Shown piece after piece: positions 18,173-27,340 of a stretch of DNA of 64,000 nucleotides. Position numbers and translations under genes: made by a program. Positions within the stretch are counted from its first letter, which is position 1. Every line of letters starts with the position of its first letter. Source of the stretch: an uncultured Desulfobacteraceae bacterium (lineage in GTDB: Bacteria > Desulfobacterota > Desulfobacteria > Desulfobacterales > Desulfatirhabdiaceae). The notes beneath the pieces are model-generated. The model did not search any database. It was not told where the DNA came from and was given only the letters and a program-made list of their open reading frames with translations. The stretch covers positions 939-64,938 of the forward strand of contig CAJBLH010000162.1 in the NCBI GenBank assembly GCA_903953895.1. The letters are read 5' to 3'.

Positions 18173-20236
18173 TCAGCCCTCCATGAGCCTGGCGGCCGGA
18201 AAACGGAGCCGGAATACGGCGCCTCTCCCTTCCTGACTGTCAAGTGCGATTTCACCGCCATAGTCCTTGACAATCCCATAGGTAATGGCCAGTCCAAGCC
18301 CCATGTCTATGCTGCTCTCCTTGGTGCTGAAAAAAGGTTCGAAAATCTTATCCCGCACGCCATCGGCAATACCGATCCCGTCATCTTCAACTTCAGCCAC
18401 AACCCAATCGCCATCCTGCCGGGTGCGGACAATAATCTTTCCGGCGCCCGAATCGGAAATCCGCTCTTTTTTTTCAGCAATGGCGTCTCTGGCATTGGTG
18501 ACCAGATTGAAAAAAACCTGCTGAAGCCGGTTGTCATGGGCCATGATCGGGGCAATGGCGCTGGCCAGATGCATATCTATGCGGATATTATCCAGTTCGA
18601 ACTGCCGGACCACCAGCGTGAAAACCGCCTGGATGGGCTTGTTGATATCCAGCCTCTCCATGACGAGTTCTGCTTTGCGGCCAAACGCACGCAGGGTGTT
18701 GATGATTTCGGCGGACCGGTCCACCTGGGTACTCATTTCCGTGACCACTTCCCGAAGATGCTCCGGTGGAATTTCCCGACCCTGCTCCACCATCATATCC
18801 AGAAAATCACTCCCCATCTTGATGGCGTTCAGCGGCTGATTCAGTTCGTGGGCGATTCCGGCGGACATTTCCCCCAGAGATTTCATTTTGCTGGCTTGAA
18901 TGAGCTGTGCATCTTTTTCTATCATTTCTGTAATGTCGGTGGAAGCCACCACAATGGCGGGCAGTCCTTTATACGTGATGTTGCAGGCATGCATATTCAC
19001 ATAGAGCGGTTTATGTCCTTTTTTATAATGAAGTGCTTTGGGAAAATTGACCAGGCCATCGGCATCGGTTTTGTCCTGAAGAGACTGAAAGAACTCGGGC
19101 GTGTACTCCGGGCTCATTTCCTTGAAGGATTTGCCGATCAATTCGTCCTTGTTGTAGCCATAAACTTCTTCTGCCCTAGGGTTGGCGTCGATGATTTCAA
19201 ACGTGCGGTAACTCACGACAAAAATGGGGTCTGGTCCGCTGTTAAAGAGTGATCGGTATTTTTTCTCCGATTCCCGGAGCCTCCGGCGATAGAGGCGGAT
19301 ACTCCAGATCATATTGTAAAAGGAGTTGGCGAGCTGTACGACTTCATCACCTTTGTGTCCGCGATAAAAACGGCAGTCCTTGCAGATGGCCGGGCTGCCT
19401 GTGCCGTCGTCGTCGGTGAGGGCCATGCCATCCAGATGCCAGCAGGGTAGATCCGTGTTGACAAACGCAGGGCATTCTGGCGGTTGATCTCCATCGGTGA
19501 AGAATTCTGTTTCCAGTTTCACATCAAAATTGCCCTTGCTGAGTTCATCCGATATCTGGGTGAGTTTGGATATGGGCAGGGTGATATACTTGGCCAACCA
19601 ATGGCTGATCACAAAGATGATCACGATGACAATCGAAATGAAGCTTAAAAACGTGAAGCGCAACTTGGCCACCAATTGATCGATGTGATTCTTGTTCAGC
19701 CCCACATGCACAGTGCCGATGCGATAGATACCCTGGGCAATTGGAATAGCGATGTCGTAGGACATCTGATTGCCGAACTGGCACAGCCGGACGCTTTTGG
19801 GTTCGACGGCCGGCACCCGATTGGCCAGGCGCAGGGATTCCGGAAACCGGCGGGTAAGCGTGTGGCTGAGGATCTGATCATCGCGGTCGCTGACAAAGAT
19901 ATAGGAAACCAGGTTCTGACGTTCCTTAAGTTTGGCCTCGTCAAAAATCAGGCTGAGCAGCTCGGGATAATTCTTGTCCAGTATAAACCCGCTGCTGCGC
20001 TCGGAAATGGTTCGAGCAATAGCGATCCCGCGCAGCTCCAGCTCGGAAATCAGGGTGGATACCAGAATCCAGCGGGCCAGAAAGGCAATGATGGCGCTGA
20101 TAATCAGTATGACTGCCAGAATGGAGAAAAATATCTTGTTTTTAAGGCTGATATCCCGAAAGCGCTTTAACGCTCCCTGGATAAAGCTCTGCCGGACGGC
20201 CGGCTCAGTGGGATGCAGCATGCTGGGATTTGACAT
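18173..20236 (-). CDS. Sensor histidine kinase (TM-periplasmic-TM, HAMP with Cys-rich insert, PAS, HisKA, HATPase)
   Basis: AGIAHELNQPL, NLVTNARDA, DDGIG, FEPFFSTK and GLGL; CPA...CW...CKDCRFY lies inside the HAMP domain. Confidence 0.92.
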   Translation of the reverse strand: MSNPSMLHPTEPAVRQSFIQGALKRFRDISLKNKIFFSILAVILIISAIIAFLARWILVSTLISELELRGIAIARTISERSSGFILDKNYPELLSLIFDEAKLKERQNLVSYIFVSDRDDQILSHTLTRRFPESLRLANRVPAVEPKSVRLCQFGNQMSYDIAIPIAQGIYRIGTVHVGLNKNHIDQLVAKLRFTFLSFISIVIVIIFVISHWLAKYITLPISKLTQISDELSKGNFDVKLETEFFTDGDQPPECPAFVNTDLPCWHLDGMALTDDDGTGSPAICKDCRFYRGHKGDEVVQLANSFYNMIWSIRLYRRRLRESEKKYRSLFNSGPDPIFVVSYRTFEIIDANPRAEEVYGYNKDELIGKSFKEMSPEYTPEFFQSLQDKTDADGLVNFPKALHYKKGHKPLYVNMHACNITYKGLPAIVVASTDITEMIEKDAQLIQASKMKSLGEMSAGIAHELNQPLNAIKMGSDFLDMMVEQGREIPPEHLREVVTEMSTQVDRSAEIINTLRAFGRKAELVMERLDINKPIQAVFTLVVRQFELDNIRIDMHLASAIAPIMAHDNRLQQVFFNLVTNARDAIAEKKERISDSGAGKIIVRTRQDGDWVVAEVEDDGIGIADGVRDKIFEPFFSTKESSIDMGLGLAITYGIVKDYGGEIALDSQEGRGAVFRLRFPAARLMEG

Positions 20237-21614
20237 CTATCCAATCCTTGATCAGAGAGAATTGACCGTTTTCCAGCCGGGTGAAATAGACGCGATCCAG
20301 GCCCTGGTGATCGGTGGGGCTGAAGGAGATGTTGATATCCAGCCCAGGCGATAAATCGTGAATCGACTCGATGGCCTGAATGAATCCGTCCCGGGTCAGA
20401 TCGCTGCCTGCCCGCTGCAGTCCTTCAACCAGAACCCGGGCATTGATGAATCCCTCCAAGCCTACAAAACTGGGTCGGTCTTCGGGGTAATAGCGCTTTA
20501 AAAGCGTCAGGTAGCCGGCCTCTCCGGTAAGCAGGGGACTGGCATCCTGTCGATCCGGATCCGGCGGTGGAACCACCTGAGATACGATGACCGCAAGTCT
20601 CTGATAGTTCTCCAGCCTGCGGGCCAGCTCGTCGGCGCCGACAAAGGAAACCAGGTAGAAAACCGGGCGAAAGCCTTTATCGTCGGACATCTTGATGAAC
20701 GCGGCGCAAGGGTCATAGGTGCCGATCATCACCACGGCCTCGGCGCCGGAGTCGATAATTTTGGCCAGCCCCTCTTGCACGTCCAGAGTTCCGCGGTTGT
20801 AAGAGCCGCTGGCAACCGGAGCCAGACCGAATTCTTTCAGAGCCAGCTCGGTTCCGGTAAGGCCGTCGAACCCGTAGGCGTCGTACTGGTAAAAAATGGC
20901 GATCTTCTTCAATCCCAGGTCCGTCACCAGGTGCTGAACAGCCACCTTGGTTTCCTGGTAATAGGAAGCCCGAACATTGATCAGCCATCGATTGAATGGA
21001 TCTCTTAAGGCATTGGCGCCGGTGAACATGCCCAGCAGCGGAATCTGGGCTTCTTCGACCAGCGGAAGAATTCGAACCGTTGTCGGGGTACCGACATAGC
21101 AGAAAAGTGCAAAAACCTGATCATCGATAATGAGGCGCTGGGTGTTTGTCAGACACATGAGTGGATCATAGCTGTCATCATGAGCGATGACCTCGATCGT
21201 TCGCCCGTGAACGCCTCCCAGAGAATTGACGTGATTCAGATAGCACATGGCGCCGCGCAGGGTTTGACTTCCTAGAAAACTGGCATGGCCTTTCAGCGCC
21301 AGGGAAGATCCGAGAAGTATCTTCGCGTCTGTTACGCCCTGGGTGCTTGTCTGCGGAACCAAAGTATCCGTGGAGGAGTTGCAGCTCGCCAGAAAAAAGA
21401 GCAGGCAGCAAATGACGACAAGACTTACAGTATTCGGACGATCACACGCCGTCCAGTATGCCCCAAAAAACAGGCGCAAACGCAGGGGCAACACTTGCCC
21501 GATAAAAAGCGTCACACATCTTCGCAATCGGGTAGATGTTTCGTAACGGATCTGTTCGGCCGGCAGGCGCGATGAAGACCGGGAGAAACCAGGCGGGGGG
21601 TCAAAAGCATTCAT
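20205..21614 (-). CDS. Type-1 periplasmic ligand-binding lipoprotein (LivK-like), orphan; start codon uncertain
   Basis: LASC lipobox, GGVHGRTIEVIAHDDSYDP, YVGTPTT, INVRASY and LEGFINA. The ORF-track TTG start at 21686 is the promoter -35 box. Confidence 0.85.
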   Translation of the reverse strand: MNAFDPPPGFSRSSSRLPAEQIRYETSTRLRRCVTLFIGQVLPLRLRLFFGAYWTACDRPNTVSLVVICCLLFFLASCNSSTDTLVPQTSTQGVTDAKILLGSSLALKGHASFLGSQTLRGAMCYLNHVNSLGGVHGRTIEVIAHDDSYDPLMCLTNTQRLIIDDQVFALFCYVGTPTTVRILPLVEEAQIPLLGMFTGANALRDPFNRWLINVRASYYQETKVAVQHLVTDLGLKKIAIFYQYDAYGFDGLTGTELALKEFGLAPVASGSYNRGTLDVQEGLAKIIDSGAEAVVMIGTYDPCAAFIKMSDDKGFRPVFYLVSFVGADELARRLENYQRLAVIVSQVVPPPDPDRQDASPLLTGEAGYLTLLKRYYPEDRPSFVGLEGFINARVLVEGLQRAGSDLTRDGFIQAIESIHDLSPGLDINISFSPTDHQGLDRVYFTRLENGQFSLIKDWIDVKSQHAASH

Positions 21615-21657
21615 TTTGGCCGCATCCACAGATAGGAACTTGTTTATGGTTGAGCCG

Positions 21658-21686
21658 AGTATATGAAGACCGCCTCGGTGTGTCAA
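21658..21686 (-). promoter_or_regulatory. Sigma70-type promoter heading the SBP-kinase cluster
   Basis: Minus strand TTGACA-17 nt-TATACT. Confidence 0.75.
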
Positions 21687-21756
21687 GTTTTTTAATATTT
21701 ACCCAGTGCTGACGCATCAGATACGATTGAGCACCTCAAGTCGGGAGCATAGTGAA

Positions 21757-21786
21757 GGTTCCCCAGGCTGGAGATTGGGAACCAGC
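21757..21786. repeat. Degenerate copy of the GGTTCCCAAGCTGGAGCTTGGGAACC REP-like palindrome
   Basis: ggttccccaggctggagattgggaaccagc, compared with the perfect copy at 53934-53969. Confidence 0.75.
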
Positions 21787-21963
21787 AGGGCGAATAAATC
21801 AATTTTGAAGAAAAAAATGAGCGAAATAAAAGGCATAATTTTGAAAATAATAATTTTGCATTAAGGGATAGCTGCGTCTTTAAGAGCTTCTTCGGACGTG
21901 ATTGAGAAGTTATTTCTATCATCATAGTAAAATCCCGAATCGATTTGATATTACTCGGACTTA

Positions 21964-22290
21964 TTAAGAAGTTACATCAATCAGAGATAACAATTTGATT
22001 TTATATGTTTTGATCTGGTCTGTGAAATTCTTTCCTAATGAAAAACGCAGCAGAATCCGTTTGGTTCTGCTGGTGTGGCCACCAAGGATTTCCAGCGAGG
22101 ACCGTGGCAGTTTCAGACATTCGGATAAAAAATGGATACACATCCGGTTGGCGGCATCATCGACCGGCGGGGCTTGAATCGCAATCTTCAAGGCATTTCC
22201 GTGGAGTCCGATGATCTTGTTTCGGGAAGATCGTGGCTGAACATAAATACTGAGAATGATGCCCTGGGACGTTTCCTGAAAAAAATGCAT
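21964..22290 (-). CDS. DUF167/YggU family protein
   Basis: VQPRSSRN, LKIAIQAPPVDDAAN and GHTSRTK motifs. Confidence 0.9.
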   Translation of the reverse strand: MHFFQETSQGIILSIYVQPRSSRNKIIGLHGNALKIAIQAPPVDDAANRMCIHFLSECLKLPRSSLEILGGHTSRTKRILLRFSLGKNFTDQIKTYKIKLLSLIDVTS

Positions 22291-22312
22291 GGGTTTTGGA
22301 TCGGAGATAAAA

Positions 22313-22729
22313 TTATCCGGTAAAAACAGAATGTTTATGTATCAGTTGTGTAAAAAAATCCGGGGGACGAACCACTTTGCCGTCTTTATCCACAAAGGCA
22401 TGCCGCGTATAACCTCTGGCCAGCGGGCGAATCCCGCTTTCATCGAAAGCGGTATAATCGAATTTGATCCCACCGCGAATGCTGCTGTCGAGCGATGTCT
22501 CTATGATCAGCAGATCATCATACTGAACCGGATGAATGAATTTACAGTGCAGTTCGGATACGGGAAGAAAAAAACCACGGGATTCGATTTCCTTGTAAGG
22601 TAGACCGAGGAAACGAAACATTTCCGCACGAGCTGTTTCAAACCAGCGGAAATAATTGGCGTGATAGCCAAATCCCATTTTATCGGTGTCTCCGTAAATA
22701 ACGCGGTAGGGCGTGCGATGGGTTAACAT
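22313..22729 (-). CDS. Acyl-CoA thioesterase, YbgC/FadM family
   Basis: RVIYGDTDKMGFGYHANYFRWFETAR. Confidence 0.9.
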   Translation of the reverse strand: MLTHRTPYRVIYGDTDKMGFGYHANYFRWFETARAEMFRFLGLPYKEIESRGFFLPVSELHCKFIHPVQYDDLLIIETSLDSSIRGGIKFDYTAFDESGIRPLARGYTRHAFVDKDGKVVRPPDFFTQLIHKHSVFTG

Positions 22730-22751
22730 CTGCTCCTCTGTCTTTTTAATA

Positions 22752-22854
22752 CAGCTTTCACGATAAAGATTTTGAGTGCGTTATCGGTCGGGGATGACCG
22801 AAAAAGGTCTATCCCCTCTCTGCTGCCTTCCCCAAACCATTATCTTGAAAGCTA
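22752..22854 (-). mobile_element. 103-bp MITE, copy 2 (inverted relative to copy 1)
   Basis: The reverse complement aligns along its length with 12971-13073; TA at 22750-51 and 22855-56. Confidence 0.85.
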
Positions 22855-22857
22855 TAT

Positions 22858-23463
22858 CTATGTGTTGATGATGGTCTGAATTAATATTTTCAAGGGGCCG
22901 TAGTCATGGGTTACCGGAAATTCGGGAAATTCTCGGATGACGTTATTGGGCGGCCTGAACAAAATCCCCTTGTCTGCGGCTTTCAGCATGGCAATGTCGT
23001 TATAGGAATCGCCCATGCCGATAATCTGATAATTCAGGCTTTTGAGGGCCAGAGTGGTTTTTTCTTTGGCCTGTTGCTGACGCAGATCGTAACTGACAAT
23101 CAACCCGTTGGCATCCGTTGTAAGAGAATGACAAAAAAGTGTTGGCCAGCCCAGTTTTTTCATCATGGGGCCGGCAAATTCCTTGAACGTATCGGACACC
23201 ACGATCACCTGCGTGATGGACCGAAGCCAGTCCAGGAATTCCAGAGCGCCCTCGAGCGGGTTCATGGTGCCGATGACCGCCTGAATATCCGACAGTTTCA
23301 GGTCGTTTTCCTTGAGTATTTGCAGACGTCTTTTCATCAGGACATCATAATCGGAAATATCGCGGGTCGTCAGCCGAAGTTCGGCAATTCCGGTTTTTTC
23401 CGCAACATTAATCCATATCTCGGGGATAAAAACACCTTCCAGGTCTGAACATACGATATACAT
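22858..23463 (-). CDS. thrH: Bifunctional phosphoserine phosphatase/homoserine phosphotransferase
   Basis: DLEGVFIPEIWI, TTRDISDYDVLM, SDTF and GDSYND motifs. Confidence 0.93.
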   Translation of the reverse strand: MYIVCSDLEGVFIPEIWINVAEKTGIAELRLTTRDISDYDVLMKRRLQILKENDLKLSDIQAVIGTMNPLEGALEFLDWLRSITQVIVVSDTFKEFAGPMMKKLGWPTLFCHSLTTDANGLIVSYDLRQQQAKEKTTLALKSLNYQIIGMGDSYNDIAMLKAADKGILFRPPNNVIREFPEFPVTHDYGPLKILIQTIINT

Positions 23464-23505
23464 AATGCCTCACAATGGGTAGTTCTTTGAGCGGTTAGCG
23501 AGAGT

Positions 23506-24822
23506 TTAGTCGGAGCCGTTGGAATCTTCCACACGGATCAGTGCCGGCTTATCGCTGACGACCTCGAGCTGAACAATTTCTGAAAGAGCAAGCTGGACGT
23601 TGGATTCTTTAGCCAGGTGCGTCATCATGACCAGCGGAACCGAACCGCCGGATTTTCGGCCTTTTTGGTGTACAGATTTCAGACTGATGCCGTGGGTTCC
23701 CAAAATTCCAGATATTTTCGACAGAACGCCCGGCTGATCGAGGGCGGCAAATCGAAAATAATAATGAGAGATGATGTCGTCAACTGGCATCACCGGAATC
23801 CGGTGAATATGACTCTTCTGATAGGAAAGCAGCGGCACTCTGCCGACAGAACCGGTCAGCAGGTTTCTGGCGATATCCACCACGTCGCTGACAACGGCGG
23901 TGGCTGTCGGCATCATGCCGGCGCCTTTGCCGTAGAGAAGAATATCTCCAGCGGCGTCGCCGGTGATGGTGATGGCGTTCAGTGATCCATTGACGCTGGA
24001 TAGAATATTGTCGAAGGGAATCATCGTCGGATGCACACGGGCTTCAACGGAATCACCTCTATTTTTGCTGATAGCCAGCAGTTTGATTTTATAGCCGAAC
24101 TGACCGGCGAATTCAATATCCAGAGGTGTGATTTTGGATATTCCCTCTACATAAATATCGTCGAGGCACAAATCGGCCCCATAAGCCAGAGATGTTAAAA
24201 TCGCCAGTTTGTGGGCCGTATCGAACCCTTCGATATCCAGAGTGGGGTCCGCTTCCGCAAATCCGTTGCTCTGAGCTTTTGCCAGGGCGGTTTTAAATGT
24301 ATCACCGTCATCGGTGATTTTGGATAGAATATAGTTGCAGGTGCCGTTCAAAATACCGGACATGGCCAGTATCTGGTTTCCGACCAGCGATTCCCGAAGC
24401 GTTTTGATCACCGGCATGCATCCGCCGACGCTGGCTTCGAAAGCAAGCTCGACCCCCTTGTCGGCGGCGATTCGAAAGAGGCTGTTGCCATCACCAGCCA
24501 GCAGTGCCTTGTTGGCGGTGACCACCTGTTTGCCATGAGAGATAGCTTTCAATATCAATTCCTTGGCAATGCCGGTTCCGCCAATGGTTTCTATGACGAT
24601 ATCAATATCCGGATCCGTGACAATGGATTCCGCATTTGTCGTCAACATCTCTTTTTCAAACAAAATGCCCCGATCTCTGTCAAAATCGATATCGGCGATA
24701 CGTTTCAGATTGAGGGTGGCTCCCACGCGGGAACGGATGAGTTCCTGATTCTGGATCAGGATTCGGGCAACCCCTGTTCCAACTGTGCCGCAACCCAGAA
24801 GCCCAATATGAATGGTTTTCAT
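23506..24822 (-). CDS. hom: Homoserine dehydrogenase with C-terminal ACT domain
   Basis: GCGTVG, VVTANKA, FEASVGG, ILNGTCNYIL, GFAEADP and DQPGVL; true start MKTIH at 24822. Confidence 0.95.
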   Translation of the reverse strand: MKTIHIGLLGCGTVGTGVARILIQNQELIRSRVGATLNLKRIADIDFDRDRGILFEKEMLTTNAESIVTDPDIDIVIETIGGTGIAKELILKAISHGKQVVTANKALLAGDGNSLFRIAADKGVELAFEASVGGCMPVIKTLRESLVGNQILAMSGILNGTCNYILSKITDDGDTFKTALAKAQSNGFAEADPTLDIEGFDTAHKLAILTSLAYGADLCLDDIYVEGISKITPLDIEFAGQFGYKIKLLAISKNRGDSVEARVHPTMIPFDNILSSVNGSLNAITITGDAAGDILLYGKGAGMMPTATAVVSDVVDIARNLLTGSVGRVPLLSYQKSHIHRIPVMPVDDIISHYYFRFAALDQPGVLSKISGILGTHGISLKSVHQKGRKSGGSVPLVMMTHLAKESNVQLALSEIVQLEVVSDKPALIRVEDSNGSD

Positions 24823-24823
24823 G

Positions 24824-25990
24824 TTACATGACCTTTCGAATGCCCCGGACGGCCTGATTGATCCGCATGGGATTTTCAATAAGGGCGAATCGGACGTATT
24901 CATCGCCGTATTCGCCGAAGCCGAGGCCGGGAGATACCGCCACCTGGGCTTCATTGATCAAAAATTTTGCAAATTCCACGGATCCCATTTTGACAAATCT
25001 GTCGGGAATCTTGGCCCACACGAACATGGTTCCTTTGGGGCTGTTGATCTCCCAGCCGGCCCGGTTCAGGCCGGAGATCAGGGCATCCCTTCTTTCCATA
25101 TATGTGTTCCGTATTTCTTGAACGCATTCTTGCGGGCCGTTCAAGGCGATGATGGATGCAATCTGAATGGGTTGGAACACCCCATAATCCAGATAGCTTT
25201 TGATGCGCTTGAGTGCTGCGACGGTTTCCGCGTTTCCCACGCAGAATCCCATGCGCCAGCCGGCCATACTGTAGCTTTTGGACAGGGAAAAGAATTCTAC
25301 CCCCACATCTTTGGCGCCTTTGGCTTGCAGAAAACTAGGCGCCTGATACCCGTCAAACGTCAGATCTGCATAGGCGAAATCATGGATGACCAGCATGTCA
25401 TGCTCTTTGGCGTAATCCACGATTTTCTGAAAAAAATTCAGATCGACGACTTCCGTGGTAGGGTTGTGGGGATAGGAAATGATAAGCACTTTTGGCCGCG
25501 GCCAGGTTTGCTTGGTGGCGTTGATCAGATTCTCGAAAAAATCACAGTTCGGCCCCACGGGAATTCCCCGTACATCGCCGCCGGCAATGATGGCCGAAAA
25601 GGGATGAATCGGATAGGTGGGATTGGGGGTAAAGACCACATCGCCCGGTCGGATGGTAACCAGAACCAGGTGCGAGAGGCCTTCCTTGATACCGATGGTT
25701 ACGATAGCTTCCGAATCCGGATCGATATCCACATCAAAGCGCCGTTTGTACCACTCGGAGATAGCCAGCCTCAGCCGGGTGATTCCCATCGAAGCGGAAT
25801 AGCGGTGGTTGTGAGGTTTTTGGGCGGCTTCAATCAATTTGTCGACGATGTGTCGGGGCGTTCCCAGGTCTGGGTTGCCCATCCCCAGATCGACAATATC
25901 TTTTCCCGCATGTCTGGCTTCCATCTTGATTTTGTTGACTGTCGCGAAGACATATGGCGGCAGTCGGTCCAGTCTGGCGAATTTTGTCAC
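24824..25990 (-). CDS. alaC: PLP-dependent class I/II aminotransferase (AlaC-like)
   Basis: [26 protein letters not shown] and [14 protein letters not shown]; alaC-hom adjacency. Confidence 0.8.
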   Translation of the reverse strand: MTKFARLDRLPPYVFATVNKIKMEARHAGKDIVDLGMGNPDLGTPRHIVDKLIEAAQKPHNHRYSASMGITRLRLAISEWYKRRFDVDIDPDSEAIVTIGIKEGLSHLVLVTIRPGDVVFTPNPTYPIHPFSAIIAGGDVRGIPVGPNCDFFENLINATKQTWPRPKVLIISYPHNPTTEVVDLNFFQKIVDYAKEHDMLVIHDFAYADLTFDGYQAPSFLQAKGAKDVGVEFFSLSKSYSMAGWRMGFCVGNAETVAALKRIKSYLDYGVFQPIQIASIIALNGPQECVQEIRNTYMERRDALISGLNRAGWEINSPKGTMFVWAKIPDRFVKMGSVEFAKFLINEAQVAVSPGLGFGEYGDEYVRFALIENPMRINQAVRGIRKVM

Positions 25991-26196
25991 GATACACCTC
26001 TAAGGTATGCAAACCGTCCTGATTTGAAAAAAGGAAAGACATGTACAGCTTAATCCATTCTTCTTGTTGGAAAATCCAAGCTGTTTCATACAATACAACG
26101 GGCTCCATGTCAAAAAAATGTTTTGACTTTTGAACCAAAACTGGTTAAATATCTCGAATAATTTCAAGTTTTTCGTCCATTATCAAGGAGATAATC

Positions 26197-27240
26197 ATGG
26201 CCAATTCTCTAACCTACGCGGATGCAGGCGTAGACATTGATAGAGCTAACGATTTCATACGTACGATCAAATCCATTGCCAGCCAGACCCCCAGAACCGG
26301 TGTGATGGGGGAAATCGGTGGATTTGGCGGGCTGTTTTCGCTCAATCTGTCCAATATCGAAAGACCGGTTCTGGTCAGTTCAACAGATGGGGTGGGCACC
26401 AAGCTAAAAATTGCATTTATGATGGATAAGCATGATACGATCGGCATTGATCTCGTGGCCATGAGCGTCAATGATGTGGTGGTTCAGGGGGCAAAACCGC
26501 TTTTTTTTCTGGATTATTTGGCTTTGGGCTGCATGAGAACAGAGGTGGCCGCCGATATCATCAGGGGGATCGGTGAAGGATGCCGCCAGGCCAATTGCGC
26601 GCTGATCGGCGGAGAAACAGCGGAAATGCCGGGTATCTATCAGAACAATGAGTATGACTTGGCCGGTTTTGCCGTCGGGCTGGTGGACAACAGCCGGATC
26701 ATCGACGGCTCCGAAATCCGGGTGGGTCATAAACTGATCGGCATAGCTTCCAGTGGGCTTCACAGTAACGGCTACTCCCTGGTTCGAAAAATCTGCTTCG
26801 ATATCATGAATCTGTCGGTGGATGCTTATGTTCCCGAGTTGAGCAAAACCCTGGGTGAAGAGTTGCTGATGCCTACCCGGATATATTCTGAAATCATTTT
26901 GATGCTGATTCGGGATCTTCCTATTCACGGCCTTGCACACATTACCGGCGGCGGTATTTCAGAAAATATCATCAGAATTCTTCCCCGGTCCTGCAAGGTG
27001 CTGATCAGAAAGGGTAGCTGGGCAATCCCTCCGATATTTAAATTCCTTCAAGATGCCGGAAATGTCACGGACGCCGAGATGATGCGGACCTTCAACAACG
27101 GCATTGGAATGGTTGCAGTCGTTCCGGATCAAGCTGTTCAGGATGTGCTGCAACGATTGAACGGCACGAAAGTTCAGGCATTTTTGATAGGCGAAGTTGT
27201 TGAGAGAAAAGACTCAGAGGAAAGAATTGACTGGATATGA
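26197..27240 (+). CDS. purM: Phosphoribosylformylglycinamidine cyclo-ligase
   Basis: YADAGVDI, TDGVGTK, GGETAEMP, SSGLHSNGYS, HITGGG and TFNNGIG motifs. Confidence 0.97.
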   Translation: MANSLTYADAGVDIDRANDFIRTIKSIASQTPRTGVMGEIGGFGGLFSLNLSNIERPVLVSSTDGVGTKLKIAFMMDKHDTIGIDLVAMSVNDVVVQGAKPLFFLDYLALGCMRTEVAADIIRGIGEGCRQANCALIGGETAEMPGIYQNNEYDLAGFAVGLVDNSRIIDGSEIRVGHKLIGIASSGLHSNGYSLVRKICFDIMNLSVDAYVPELSKTLGEELLMPTRIYSEIILMLIRDLPIHGLAHITGGGISENIIRILPRSCKVLIRKGSWAIPPIFKFLQDAGNVTDAEMMRTFNNGIGMVAVVPDQAVQDVLQRLNGTKVQAFLIGEVVERKDSEERIDWI

Positions 27241-27340
27241 CCCGGAAAAGCAATTTTTCCAGGTCATCCATAATTTCCTCTTGTCAGTACAGACTCAGGA
27301 TCCTCCTGATTGTTTCATTACGATCGACTGACGGCTTTTT

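Noticed and set aside
18098..19252. 384-aa plus-strand ORF (likewise 24812-26053, 33002-33892, 40349-41266, 47543-48712, 54574-55485)
   Set aside because: All lie antisense to well-supported genes and reflect codon bias.
21615..21686. ORF-track N-terminal extension of the SBP (similar extensions for hom, nadK, hup, aapJ, aapP and the 14744 lipoprotein)
   Set aside because: The extensions overlap promoters or neighbouring genes; better downstream starts exist.
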